The notes beneath the pieces are model-generated. The model saw only the letters and a program-made list of their open reading frames with translations. It had not been told where the DNA came from and did no database searches. A stretch of DNA of 49,224 nt from Candidatus Thorarchaeota archaeon (GTDB lineage Archaea; Asgardarchaeota; Thorarchaeia; Thorarchaeales; Thorarchaeaceae), in NCBI GenBank assembly GCA_016839605.1, contig JAEOTX010000100.1, positions 1-49,224 of the forward strand. The letters run 5' to 3'. Positions within the stretch are counted from its first letter, which is position 1; each line of letters starts with the position of its first letter. This document shows positions 17,855-27,210 of the stretch, in pieces. Both the position numbers and the translations under genes were made by a program.

Positions 17855-19645
17855 CTAATCTGAGGTCACTTGTGGTTCACGACGCTCGTATTCACCAGCA
17901 TCTTCGCCAGCCTGAACGCCAACATTGATTCTCTTCTTGTCACCAGGATTCATTCTAGCCCATGACCAGACAAGATTAGTACCATCGTCAACAGGCTTCT
18001 CCATAGGGGCTTCCTCGACGGGATCCGTGGATACATATTCGAAGCCGGCTGGTATCCAGTCAGTCACTTCGACGTTCTCCACAGTCACTTCGCCTTTGTT
18101 CTCAATTACGAGTACAACCATAAATTGACCCGGATCAGATCCCTTGTTGATGCCTTTCTTGGTCGAGATGCTTCTCTTCTTATAGAGAATGCCAATTTTA
18201 TGACCATCCTCTGCACTCGCAGACTCTGCTGCAAGTCCTTCAGGATAGGTGTGTGCTTCACAGCAAATGGGAGATGGATATTCCTTCTCAGGTCTGTTCC
18301 TCCATGCCATTATTGCATAGTTGATTTTAACTGTCTCACCAGGCTCAACCTCGCCCACTGAGTCCTTGAGATTCAGGATCTTGAAGGTCATCTTATGTGG
18401 TACTTCGGGATTCTGGTCCTCTGGGTCTATGGCTACTTCGAGCTCGCCGCTGTATTCCCTTCCTTTAACCCAGGCAGTAACATGCTCAGGTTTTGGGGGC
18501 ATCACATCGTCTGGCAAGCTGTCCTCAACCGTGAACGAGTTGAGGCGGGCTGATCCCACATTCTTGACCTCGATTGTTACCTCCACCGGAGTCTTGTCGA
18601 AACTACCGACCTCTGGAGGATCGAACTCCTTAGTGTAGTCTATGCGTGCAACAGGTAGTTTCTGAGGCGTTTTCTCAATGGTGCCCAAGACGCGCTTTGC
18701 AATGACTCTCATTGGAGTGTAGACCACTTCTTGGTTGCATTTAGGAGGCGACTTGCTACCTATTTCGAATTTCGAGCTCCACTCTTGGTTTGGAAACATC
18801 TCCATTCTAGGCGCATCATCAATCATTTTCTGTTTCTCTCCATCATCCTCAGGTGTAAGATAGACTTCTGCTTTGTCTAGCCGAACCATTAGGTCGCTCT
18901 CATTTGAACACTCCAAGATGCATTCCCATTGATTAGGTTCTGTTTCAGCTGTTTCTATGCCAGTTAGGAACTCGGTCAGTGCGGTCATATCAGGAGTAAG
19001 GCCAGACCTTTGCTGGTCCTCACCTCGGTAAGTGACCACTATTTCGCCAGCGCTCCTGCTGTCAGTGTCTTCAACATTTCCAGTTGCTGATATAACAAGT
19101 GTCGATTCCTCTCTTGGATATACGACAAAGTCCTTCCAGATGATAGTCCTTGTCCCCTCATCGAACTCTGTAGCCCCTGAGCTCGTGGATTCAACGTTCA
19201 TCATTGTGAGCTCTGGTGGAATGGTCTTGTTGAGTACGATGTTGTCAAGCTGACCATCTGTTTCATTCTTCACTTTGATTGTGATTTTTACAGGGTTCTC
19301 CTTTCCGTATACATATGCCCAGTGTGGTTTGTCAGTTGGAACTGTGCCACAAGTATCAAATCTCTCTGTGAGAGTAAGAATCGGCTTTCTGATGTCGACC
19401 TTATAATCAGTTTCCCACTTCGCACCAGCATCAATCTCGCCGGCAGATAGGGTGTCTTCAGAGAAGCTTGTACCCCCAGCGCTTTCTTCAAGCAACACGC
19501 GGACATTCCAGATGCGTGATCTATCTGAAACATTATTTACGGATAGGATCCCTCTAGCCTCGGCGCTCTTTAGACCACTTAGCTCGCCGATGGCTGCTTT
19601 TTCGGTTTCCTCTAAGTCGATTACGACAGTTTTTCGTTCACTCAA
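17855..19645 (-). CDS. Acidic multi-Ig/DUF11-like beta-sandwich protein without signal peptide; N-terminus resembles a mu-homology domain
   Basis: Three (V/I)xIxVxN.G...L.N..(L/V).D.(L/I)P..W repeats; no hydrophobic N-terminus or TM segment; TTG start. Confidence 0.65.
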   Translation of the reverse strand: MSERKTVVIDLEETEKAAIGELSGLKSAEARGILSVNNVSDRSRIWNVRVLLEESAGGTSFSEDTLSAGEIDAGAKWETDYKVDIRKPILTLTERFDTCGTVPTDKPHWAYVYGKENPVKITIKVKNETDGQLDNIVLNKTIPPELTMMNVESTSSGATEFDEGTRTIIWKDFVVYPREESTLVISATGNVEDTDSRSAGEIVVTYRGEDQQRSGLTPDMTALTEFLTGIETAETEPNQWECILECSNESDLMVRLDKAEVYLTPEDDGEKQKMIDDAPRMEMFPNQEWSSKFEIGSKSPPKCNQEVVYTPMRVIAKRVLGTIEKTPQKLPVARIDYTKEFDPPEVGSFDKTPVEVTIEVKNVGSARLNSFTVEDSLPDDVMPPKPEHVTAWVKGREYSGELEVAIDPEDQNPEVPHKMTFKILNLKDSVGEVEPGETVKINYAIMAWRNRPEKEYPSPICCEAHTYPEGLAAESASAEDGHKIGILYKKRSISTKKGINKGSDPGQFMVVLVIENKGEVTVENVEVTDWIPAGFEYVSTDPVEEAPMEKPVDDGTNLVWSWARMNPGDKKRINVGVQAGEDAGEYERREPQVTSD

Positions 19646-19687
19646 TTAGAACTCACCCATTGTGTATCTGATCACCCTCCCGGGTGA

Positions 19688-20404
19688 CTATTCTGGCTCT
19701 GGTGACTCAGAACTTACTGAATGCCTGAATTCATGTCCAGCAGCCCACTGTACTTCCAGTGTCTGTCCAGGTTCCATCAGGAGAGGTGTTGTCTTCTGCC
19801 CAAACTGTTCGATGTATTTGGCGAATTTCTTGGGCTGATCCTCTGAGGTCCATCTAACAGGAATGCCTACTTGGGGTAATGCATCAATGCAAAGACTGAC
19901 TGCATCCTTTACAGGAAATGCATGTTCGCCTCCCACTGGTACAATCATCACATTGGTTTCCAGATGTCCGAAAGGACCACGTACTAGGCTATCACCGAGA
20001 TATGACACCTTCATAGTCGACATCTCGATATGAAGACCCAGATTCTCGATGTTCTCGCCTGTTTCCACACTCCGTTTCTGGAGGGAGAATGGTGTAACTT
20101 TCAGTCCTGGAATCTCGTAAGGCACTTCCGGTTTGAGAGTGTGTAAAAGCCAGGCTTTTGCGCCCCGCTCTCGAGCTCTCTCAATCGTGGATTCATTACC
20201 GAGAATCCATGCCTTGGAGTTCACAGCGATTTCTGCAGCATTACCTAGTGCATCATCTTCATGGTTTGTCACAATGATGACTCGGCAGTCAAAATCATCC
20301 GGGACAGCTGACTCTCCGTCCCATGTCCCTGGATTAAGTAGAACTGTGGTTTCCTTCGTTTCCAATGCGAATGATGTCTTTCCAAAGTACGCTATCTTGA
20401 GCAC
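19688..20404 (-). CDS. Metallo-beta-lactamase fold protein (UPF0173-like), degenerate HxHxDH
   Basis: IAYFG.TSF.L, LLNP, IIVTNHEDDALG, YLGDS, MIVPVGG, GIPVRW pattern. Confidence 0.75.
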   Translation of the reverse strand: MLKIAYFGKTSFALETKETTVLLNPGTWDGESAVPDDFDCRVIIVTNHEDDALGNAAEIAVNSKAWILGNESTIERARERGAKAWLLHTLKPEVPYEIPGLKVTPFSLQKRSVETGENIENLGLHIEMSTMKVSYLGDSLVRGPFGHLETNVMIVPVGGEHAFPVKDAVSLCIDALPQVGIPVRWTSEDQPKKFAKYIEQFGQKTTPLLMEPGQTLEVQWAAGHEFRHSVSSESPEPE

Positions 20405-20673
20405 TGGACCACTTCCCGTAGTTCCGCTTGGTCACCAACTTGCCAGAATCCTTGCGGTCAAAAAATCGTAGGTTCAGTTCCTTTTAAGAAAATCTCAGAG
20501 GAACGGCTGAAATTCCGAATTACAAAGCAATTCAGGCTCTCTGAGGTAAATTAAGACACCCATCAGGCTTTCCGTTCAACCTGTAGCGCCAACTCCGAAT
20601 ATCCGAGTGCTATGTTTTTATGACTCAGCCAAGAGAATCTATTGAGGTTGACCTAGGTTTACCAATCGGCTGA

Positions 20674-21981
20674 TTGAGAGAGGGTTCCATGCTAGAGAAG
20701 ATACTCACAGACAAGTTCAGAGAAATCCTGAAACTGGTCTTTACAGACATAACCAATCAACAAGACCGGCGCGATGCAGAGGAGTTCTCAAAGGATGAGG
20801 TCCGGATAAAAGAGCATCTTCTCGATGTTGTTGAACCCTATCCCCCGGACACAATCCTTGACGATGACTTTCTCATAGCTGCTGTTGACGGTTCAGGCAC
20901 AGATAATCTGATGCTCTTAGATGATATACGGGTACATCTACTGAGTACTGCCACAACTGTGCTGGATACCAATACTAGATCTGAGAAGTTGTTTGACCCA
21001 ATCAGTACAAAGGCCTTGGAAGAACGTCTTGGAGGCCAACCGCATCTCGATGTTCACTGGCACTCAGGGGTACGAAATGACGCTCAGAAGAAGATGGCTG
21101 AGACCCTCGAATCAATCTATCCCCTCAAAGATGTGGTCGACATCATTCTACCCTTCTTTAAAGACGATTCTAGTGGAGTCATCTCCTCTGTTTCTGGCTT
21201 CACAGGGACTGATTATGAGAAGCATCTTCCTGAACTGAGAGAGATGGAAACCCTCATCTCAAGAGCACAGATACTTACGAACCCAGTAGTTCATGATGAA
21301 TTGCGCAAGGTGTCAGAATACGCAGCCGCCAGAAATGTATTGACAAGTGACATTCGTCCCAAGTATCTGCTTCTTGATGGAGCATTGTCAATCTTCATGC
21401 ACTTTGTAAAGAAGTACCCCTCCATGCCCAGCGGGTTCATGCTTCGAGAGCTCGCCTCATTGGCAAGAAAGGAGGGGGTTGTTCTCTGCGCAGTGAGCAA
21501 GAACCACACAATCCCTTTCGCACATCGGATTGCAAAGATGGCGCAGGATGCCTTTGGTGAAGGCACGAAGTGGTTTTGTCAGCTGCCATGTAGAGACGAT
21601 CCAGGAGGAGGTCTTCATATCACAGAGGACCGGACCTATATTCCTCCACGATTAGCGGTTCCATATCTGTTCAGTTTTTCCCAAGACAACCGCCCATCTA
21701 GAATAGACTTTGACAGAGTCTGGTGGCTTGAGAATGTATTTGTACGAAGTGACCCTGTAGCTACTAGGCAGAATGAGAAGGCACTCTTTCGTGATCTCGA
21801 ATTCATGTCACGCGACGCACGGTGGTACGGTTACCCTGTGCCTCTGGCACTGGCACATGAGGCCTGCAAGCTTAGTTACGAAGACTTACGACTTGCCCGA
21901 GAGATATGCAAAGATGTCCGACATGAGATTGGACTGGATACAAGAAAGACCGAGCCGCTTAGAGCGGACTACAACCTATAA
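20674..21981 (+). CDS. nurA: NurA 5'-3' nuclease
   Basis: AVDGS, LLLDGAL, VSK, GYPVPL.LAH..C motifs; directly upstream of herA-mre11-rad50; start may be ATG 20689. Confidence 0.8.
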   Translation: MREGSMLEKILTDKFREILKLVFTDITNQQDRRDAEEFSKDEVRIKEHLLDVVEPYPPDTILDDDFLIAAVDGSGTDNLMLLDDIRVHLLSTATTVLDTNTRSEKLFDPISTKALEERLGGQPHLDVHWHSGVRNDAQKKMAETLESIYPLKDVVDIILPFFKDDSSGVISSVSGFTGTDYEKHLPELREMETLISRAQILTNPVVHDELRKVSEYAAARNVLTSDIRPKYLLLDGALSIFMHFVKKYPSMPSGFMLRELASLARKEGVVLCAVSKNHTIPFAHRIAKMAQDAFGEGTKWFCQLPCRDDPGGGLHITEDRTYIPPRLAVPYLFSFSQDNRPSRIDFDRVWWLENVFVRSDPVATRQNEKALFRDLEFMSRDARWYGYPVPLALAHEACKLSYEDLRLAREICKDVRHEIGLDTRKTEPLRADYNL

Positions 21982-21998
21982 AATTGAGGTAGTGAAAA

Positions 21999-23759
21999 AT
22001 GTTAGACAGAGACAGTCTTGGTGAACTCTTCGGAAAGGTAGGCGTGGGCAATCAGACCATGCTGGGTATTATGGGAAACAACCGCGATGTGAGTGTTGGA
22101 GAGATATTCATGATATATTCTCAGAGAGACGGTCATGAAAGGGTCTTCTTCTTCAGAGTACTTGGATTGGAGAACTACCTAAGACAGGTCGATGATATGG
22201 CCCGAGTCGCTGGTACATTGATGGTCGAGGGCGATTCATATCTCTCAGGCATTGAAAGAAACATGCTGCTCTCTGTAGATGGAAGGATGCTAGGATATGC
22301 GGAGGAGACTGGAGAAGGATGGCGTTTCAGGTCTCCACGACGACTACCAGACCACTTAGCGAGCGTCTATCGCCCAATCCCAGGCACATCCGACAAGCCT
22401 GTTAGGGAGATGTTGAGTTCGCAGACAGATGGGAGTGTGCGTGTTGGCGATCTTCAGATTGGAGAGGCAACTCTTGATGTTCCAGTTATGATTCCTACGG
22501 ATAAATTGCCCATGCATGTGGGCATCTTTGGCTCCACAGGTTCAGGCAAGAGCAACCTGATGATGGTTCTTATCAAATCAATTATCGACTCCAACTTAGA
22601 TTATCTTCGTGAACATGACAGTGAACATCCACGAGTTTCAGCATTCTGCATAGATCCCCATGATGAGTTCGCCAGGGGTGTTGACAAGTATGGAATTCAG
22701 AGTGTGATTGAGGCAATGGATGCTACTACTAGGGCCGACGTAATCAAGGATTTCTATTATCTCACTACGCACAAGAGAGCCACGAAACGGGAGATCAAAC
22801 GATACACAAAGGAGATTCGTGTGCTATGGGAGGAGATTCGTCCTCGGGATCTCTATTCTATTATGGAGTTCACTCCACAGATGTATTCATTCATCGACTC
22901 ACAATTCAGCCGGCATCAAGAGGAATGGGTTGAGAAAATCCTGAATATGACGGAAGACGATACTCCCGAAGGAACGCCAAAAGGCACGCTGAAGGCGGTA
23001 CAACGTCGTCTTCGTTTCTTGGAGCGGTCTCCTATCTTCGTAGAGTCCGGCAGCTCAATCCTTGGCGAGATCTTCGAGGCAATGGAAACTGGACGCATCT
23101 TAGTCGTAAATACGAGTCTCATGAGTGATATGGAGCAATTCCTTCTCACGACAATAGTGACAAGAACTCTATCTGATATGAGACGTGCCCTCAAGAGTAG
23201 TGGAAACCTTGGTGACTTCGTTCGCCAAGGCGAAATGCGCCTTCCAAAGCCCTTCTTTGGAAAAGTGAAAGCACAAGCAAAGGCGTTCTATGGTAAGGGC
23301 GGAGTTGATGATGAGTCACCTGTACGTGATCCACGCGAACTTCCTGTGATTCTTGTTACAGTTGAAGAGGCTCCATCCATCCTCAATCCTGAGCTAATGC
23401 GCGGACAGTCAGTATTCAAGGACATATCCCGACAAGGGCGTAAGTTCAATATAGGTCTCCTCGTGGTAAGCCAGCAGGTCAGTGTACTAGACAACGTCAT
23501 CCTGAGTCAGATGAATACGGAGGTCAATCTCCGCTTGGGCAATGAACGTGAGATCCGCGCATGCATAGAGAATGCGAGTATCAACATATCTGGATTTGAG
23601 AACGAGTTCAGGGTGATGGCTCAAGGCGAAGGGATAGTCACAGCCTCATATCGAGAAATGCCATTGCCAGTTAAGATACCACTATTTGACACGGTGTTTG
23701 AACGAGATAAAGCAAGGTACAAAGCAAAGGGGCCTCCAAGAAAGGAACGCACACTCTGA
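21999..23759 (+). CDS. herA: HerA bipolar helicase/ATPase
   Basis: HAS-barrel-like N-term, HVGIFGSTGSGKS, IDPHDEF, VEEA, RQGRKF.IGL..VSQ, SQMNT. Confidence 0.9.
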   Translation: MLDRDSLGELFGKVGVGNQTMLGIMGNNRDVSVGEIFMIYSQRDGHERVFFFRVLGLENYLRQVDDMARVAGTLMVEGDSYLSGIERNMLLSVDGRMLGYAEETGEGWRFRSPRRLPDHLASVYRPIPGTSDKPVREMLSSQTDGSVRVGDLQIGEATLDVPVMIPTDKLPMHVGIFGSTGSGKSNLMMVLIKSIIDSNLDYLREHDSEHPRVSAFCIDPHDEFARGVDKYGIQSVIEAMDATTRADVIKDFYYLTTHKRATKREIKRYTKEIRVLWEEIRPRDLYSIMEFTPQMYSFIDSQFSRHQEEWVEKILNMTEDDTPEGTPKGTLKAVQRRLRFLERSPIFVESGSSILGEIFEAMETGRILVVNTSLMSDMEQFLLTTIVTRTLSDMRRALKSSGNLGDFVRQGEMRLPKPFFGKVKAQAKAFYGKGGVDDESPVRDPRELPVILVTVEEAPSILNPELMRGQSVFKDISRQGRKFNIGLLVVSQQVSVLDNVILSQMNTEVNLRLGNEREIRACIENASINISGFENEFRVMAQGEGIVTASYREMPLPVKIPLFDTVFERDKARYKAKGPPRKERTL

Positions 23760-23769
23760 GGAACGAAGT

Positions 23770-25077
23770 ATGACTGTACGCATTGCTCACATCTCCGATA
23801 CGCATCTCGGTTCTCGTCCACGACAGGGAGTCAAGCATAATGTCTGGGGTGAGGAGATGCGCAGCCGTCTTCTGGAGAATGACTTCTACGAACGGTTTGC
23901 TGAGCTGTTTGATAGAATTTCCGAAATGGACCCGCCAGTAGACCTAGTGATTCATTCAGGAGACCTCTACAATTCCCCATGGGAGAACAATCCCTCCCAG
24001 CCTCCTGTTGTCGCCCAGGAGACCGCAATGAGAGTCCTCAAAGATTTCATCGACAAGACAGGTATACCTGTTTTGATACTAGAGGGAAATCATGGTCTCT
24101 ATCGTTCACTTGATGTTTCTCTGCTTGACACACTCAAAATGGCTGTTGCAGGACTGGATGTCGCAACTCAAGTTGATCTGAAGCGCGCTTTCAGTGATAA
24201 CACACCTCTGATGTTCTCATATGACAAGCTGGATGTATTTTGCTTTCCATTCATGGACCACGCAGTCCTCACATCAACAGGCCTTGTCGGCGACTTCAAC
24301 GAATGGATTTCTACATCACAGTCTCCGAGTTCGTCGAAGGTGTCTGTAGGTGTTGCTCATGGCATGGATATAGACAGGTCGCTCCACACAGCTATCTTTG
24401 AGATGGGCTATGACTACATTGCATTGGGTCATGACCATCACTTACACAAGCACTCGAAAAACGCATGGTATGCGGGGTCTCCCGAAAGGTGGAGATTCGA
24501 TGAGATTCGTCATGAGAAGGGCTTCTTAATTGTGGATATGATATCGGGTGCGGCTCCGAAAGTCACACCGGTTCATCTGGAATTCGAAAGATCAATGTTC
24601 AATGAGAAGATCGCCATCGATCCTGATGACACTGAGTCAACGGTCATAGAGAAGGTTGAAGCCTGGTTAGAAGCTAATCGATTGAAAGGCCCATGGGAGC
24701 CTGCCTCTGCAAGTCGCATCAGGCTCAAATTGGAGGGCAAGGCACCTCGTGTCAGCGGCTTCGAGCTCACAATGGCCTTGGAAACTCTGCGAGCCAAGCT
24801 ACTAGCTGCTGAATCAGAATACAACATCGCACAGTTTGTCTGGGAGATTCGGCAAGCTGAAACAGATCATAGTCCCTCTGCATACCCCGAGATTGACTCT
24901 GAATTTCTAATTGAAGATCCTGAGGAGGATTTTCGAGCCTATTTGGAAACACTCGAAGTTGATGAGAAGTACAAAGAGGAAACTCTCACCAAGATTGCTG
25001 TTAAAGCGCTAAGAATCTCAGTGAGTCACAACGAAGAGACTCTTACATTGGAGAATCTATCGGAGGGTGAGGATTGA
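23770..25077 (+). CDS. mre11: Mre11/SbcD metallophosphoesterase nuclease
   Basis: HISDTHLG, HSGDLY, GNH, AHG, ALGHDH, YAGSPE motifs. Confidence 0.9.
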   Translation: MTVRIAHISDTHLGSRPRQGVKHNVWGEEMRSRLLENDFYERFAELFDRISEMDPPVDLVIHSGDLYNSPWENNPSQPPVVAQETAMRVLKDFIDKTGIPVLILEGNHGLYRSLDVSLLDTLKMAVAGLDVATQVDLKRAFSDNTPLMFSYDKLDVFCFPFMDHAVLTSTGLVGDFNEWISTSQSPSSSKVSVGVAHGMDIDRSLHTAIFEMGYDYIALGHDHHLHKHSKNAWYAGSPERWRFDEIRHEKGFLIVDMISGAAPKVTPVHLEFERSMFNEKIAIDPDDTESTVIEKVEAWLEANRLKGPWEPASASRIRLKLEGKAPRVSGFELTMALETLRAKLLAAESEYNIAQFVWEIRQAETDHSPSAYPEIDSEFLIEDPEEDFRAYLETLEVDEKYKEETLTKIAVKALRISVSHNEETLTLENLSEGED

Positions 25078-27152
25078 AGATCATACGCATGGAGATACAG
25101 AACTTCAAGCCTTTTCGGAAGCTTACTCTCCCTGAAACAGATGAGGAGTTGCCTAATGGGCTTATCATTGTTCGAGGCCCCAATTCAACAGGGAAATCCT
25201 CTATTTTCGAAGCCATTCTTTGGGCTCTATGGGGCCCCGTAGCTGTTGAGCCAACTAATGACGAGCTCATTAATTTCGCATCATCATTCTGTGAAGTAAG
25301 GCTCGAGTTTGATATTGCAGGCACTCGATATGAGATCAACCGCTCTTATGATTCTGCAAAGGGAATGATCGTAGTCCTTTCAGAAGAGAAGAAGGGCAAA
25401 TGGAAGAGAATTGCTGATAAGAGCCAGACCGTTAGTAGAAAGATGGAGGAGATTCTCCATCTAGAGCCTCAGCAAGCATTGCAGACTCTTCTTGTTCGGC
25501 AAGGAGAAGTCGCATTGATCGCAAATGCAACGCCGTCTGTCCTAAGAGACTTACTTGTCAAAGTCTACAACATAGAGCTACTTGGTGAGATGACTAAGCA
25601 GCTCGATAACTTGGAAAAGAATCTTAGTACCCAGATAGGCGTTAAACGAGAAGAATATCGACCTCCAGAATATATCCGTGAACAGATAACAACTACAAAA
25701 GAGCGAATCAGACAAGATGAAAAAGAGCTCAAGAAGGTGAAAGATGAGAGTGGAAAGGCTGAGAAGGACCTTGAAAACTTGCCCAATCCTAAGGACCTCA
25801 AGACAGCGAGTGAACTTCTTGAAAAGCTCAAAATGAAAGAGCAGGAACATAACAAGAGTGTCCGGAGTCGGGACAAAGAACAGCGGATGGCAGGAATAGT
25901 CGGCGCTGACTCAAGGATTATTGGCGCACGCTTAGATTCTCTCAAGAAAGAAAACGCTCGCTTGGAATCAGAAAAGGAAATTATCATACAGAAGTCCTTT
26001 GGGATTGAGAGGGATATTGGTACACATGAGGGCCTTGTGAGGGATATTGAAGACAAAACTGCGAAGCTGAACGATGACGATGCTCTATGCCCTACATGTC
26101 AAAAGCCGCTTTCAAATCATGACTGTGAACGATTGGTCACAGAATACAAGGAGCTTGCTGATAGTCATAAAACCAAGATAAGCGAATTAGAGCATGACCG
26201 AGATGCTGTTCCAGCGGAGGTCAAGGAGCTTGATGATCGCCTTAGAGCTATTCCTCGTGCGCTTGATGCAGCAACGCGTTTGGCTGAGCAACAGGAAGAA
26301 GTTGAGAAACTCGCCGCTGAGGTTGAGGCAATAGCGAAGAAATTGGGTTCAGTTCTTGAGAAGATGAATGTAGACAGCGTTGAAAAGCTGTTGAAGAAAC
26401 ACAAGGTCAAGGACATTGTTGATCTTCAGACCTACATTCGAACACTCAGTAAAACACTGATCTCGAATAAGACACACATTGAGTCTGCTGTTAAGAGGAT
26501 AGAGAAGGACAAGAGCCAGGTAAAGGACCTCGAAGAAACAGAAGTGAAGATGAAGGACCTGGGCGCCGAAATTGAATCCCTTGAGGAGCTTAAAGAGCAT
26601 ACGAGATATGTTCGACGAAAACTTGTAAGCGGCTTCATAGCAGATTATGTCTTTCAGAAGAGACTGATTGGTATAATCAGAAAAGCCACCAACCGCTATG
26701 TAGACGCGTTCACCAACGGTCAGTACACATCGATTGACCTCGAGCCGACTCCAGCAAAGGGACGTGCTGGTCCCGGCCTGCTTCTTAGAATCTGGGATGA
26801 GCGCGATAAGGCGAAGAAACGGACAGCCCAGCTGAGCTTCGGCGATCGAACAGCTATAAGCTTGGGTCTTCGCCTCGGAATTAGCCGAACCATGAGCAGC
26901 ATTCGACCTTTCAAGGACAGTCCGGCTATAGCACCGCGTGTCAGAAGCGTCCTTCTCGACGAGCCTCTTGGAGGATTAGACAGCGAACGAAGAACCTCAG
27001 TGGTCAAGAACCTAGTGGGCGATGAGAGCTTCGAGCAGATCTTTCTCATAACACACACTGATGTGAGGGGTTGGGAGGGTGTTCCAGTCATAGAAGTGAG
27101 CAAGAGCGGAAGTGCTAGTGATGCAGTTCTGGCCCTATCGCCTGACACCTGA
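25074..27152 (+). CDS. rad50: Rad50/SbcC SMC-like ATPase
   Basis: NFKPF, GPNSTGKSS, RQGE Q-loop, coiled coil with CPTC zinc hook, LSFGD signature, LLDEP, ITH; TTGA overlap with mre11. Confidence 0.9.
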   Translation: MKIIRMEIQNFKPFRKLTLPETDEELPNGLIIVRGPNSTGKSSIFEAILWALWGPVAVEPTNDELINFASSFCEVRLEFDIAGTRYEINRSYDSAKGMIVVLSEEKKGKWKRIADKSQTVSRKMEEILHLEPQQALQTLLVRQGEVALIANATPSVLRDLLVKVYNIELLGEMTKQLDNLEKNLSTQIGVKREEYRPPEYIREQITTTKERIRQDEKELKKVKDESGKAEKDLENLPNPKDLKTASELLEKLKMKEQEHNKSVRSRDKEQRMAGIVGADSRIIGARLDSLKKENARLESEKEIIIQKSFGIERDIGTHEGLVRDIEDKTAKLNDDDALCPTCQKPLSNHDCERLVTEYKELADSHKTKISELEHDRDAVPAEVKELDDRLRAIPRALDAATRLAEQQEEVEKLAAEVEAIAKKLGSVLEKMNVDSVEKLLKKHKVKDIVDLQTYIRTLSKTLISNKTHIESAVKRIEKDKSQVKDLEETEVKMKDLGAEIESLEELKEHTRYVRRKLVSGFIADYVFQKRLIGIIRKATNRYVDAFTNGQYTSIDLEPTPAKGRAGPGLLLRIWDERDKAKKRTAQLSFGDRTAISLGLRLGISRTMSSIRPFKDSPAIAPRVRSVLLDEPLGGLDSERRTSVVKNLVGDESFEQIFLITHTDVRGWEGVPVIEVSKSGSASDAVLALSPDT

Positions 27153-27210
27153 TCAGTCAAATATGTTGATGAGGACAAATATAAGGGGTCGACTCTGAAG
27201 GCCAATCACA

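Noticed and set aside
20490-20550. Possible structured ncRNA (CTCAGAG...CTCTGAG pairing) in the divergent intergenic region
   Set aside because: Only a short imperfect stem; no recognisable RNA family or terminator
21999-23759. HerA as part of an anti-phage system (Sir2-HerA type)
   Set aside because: Context is nurA/mre11/rad50 with no Sir2 or similar effector
25565-27205. Several 68-163 aa minus-strand ORFs inside rad50
   Set aside because: Antisense shadows of a coiled-coil gene, with no motifs
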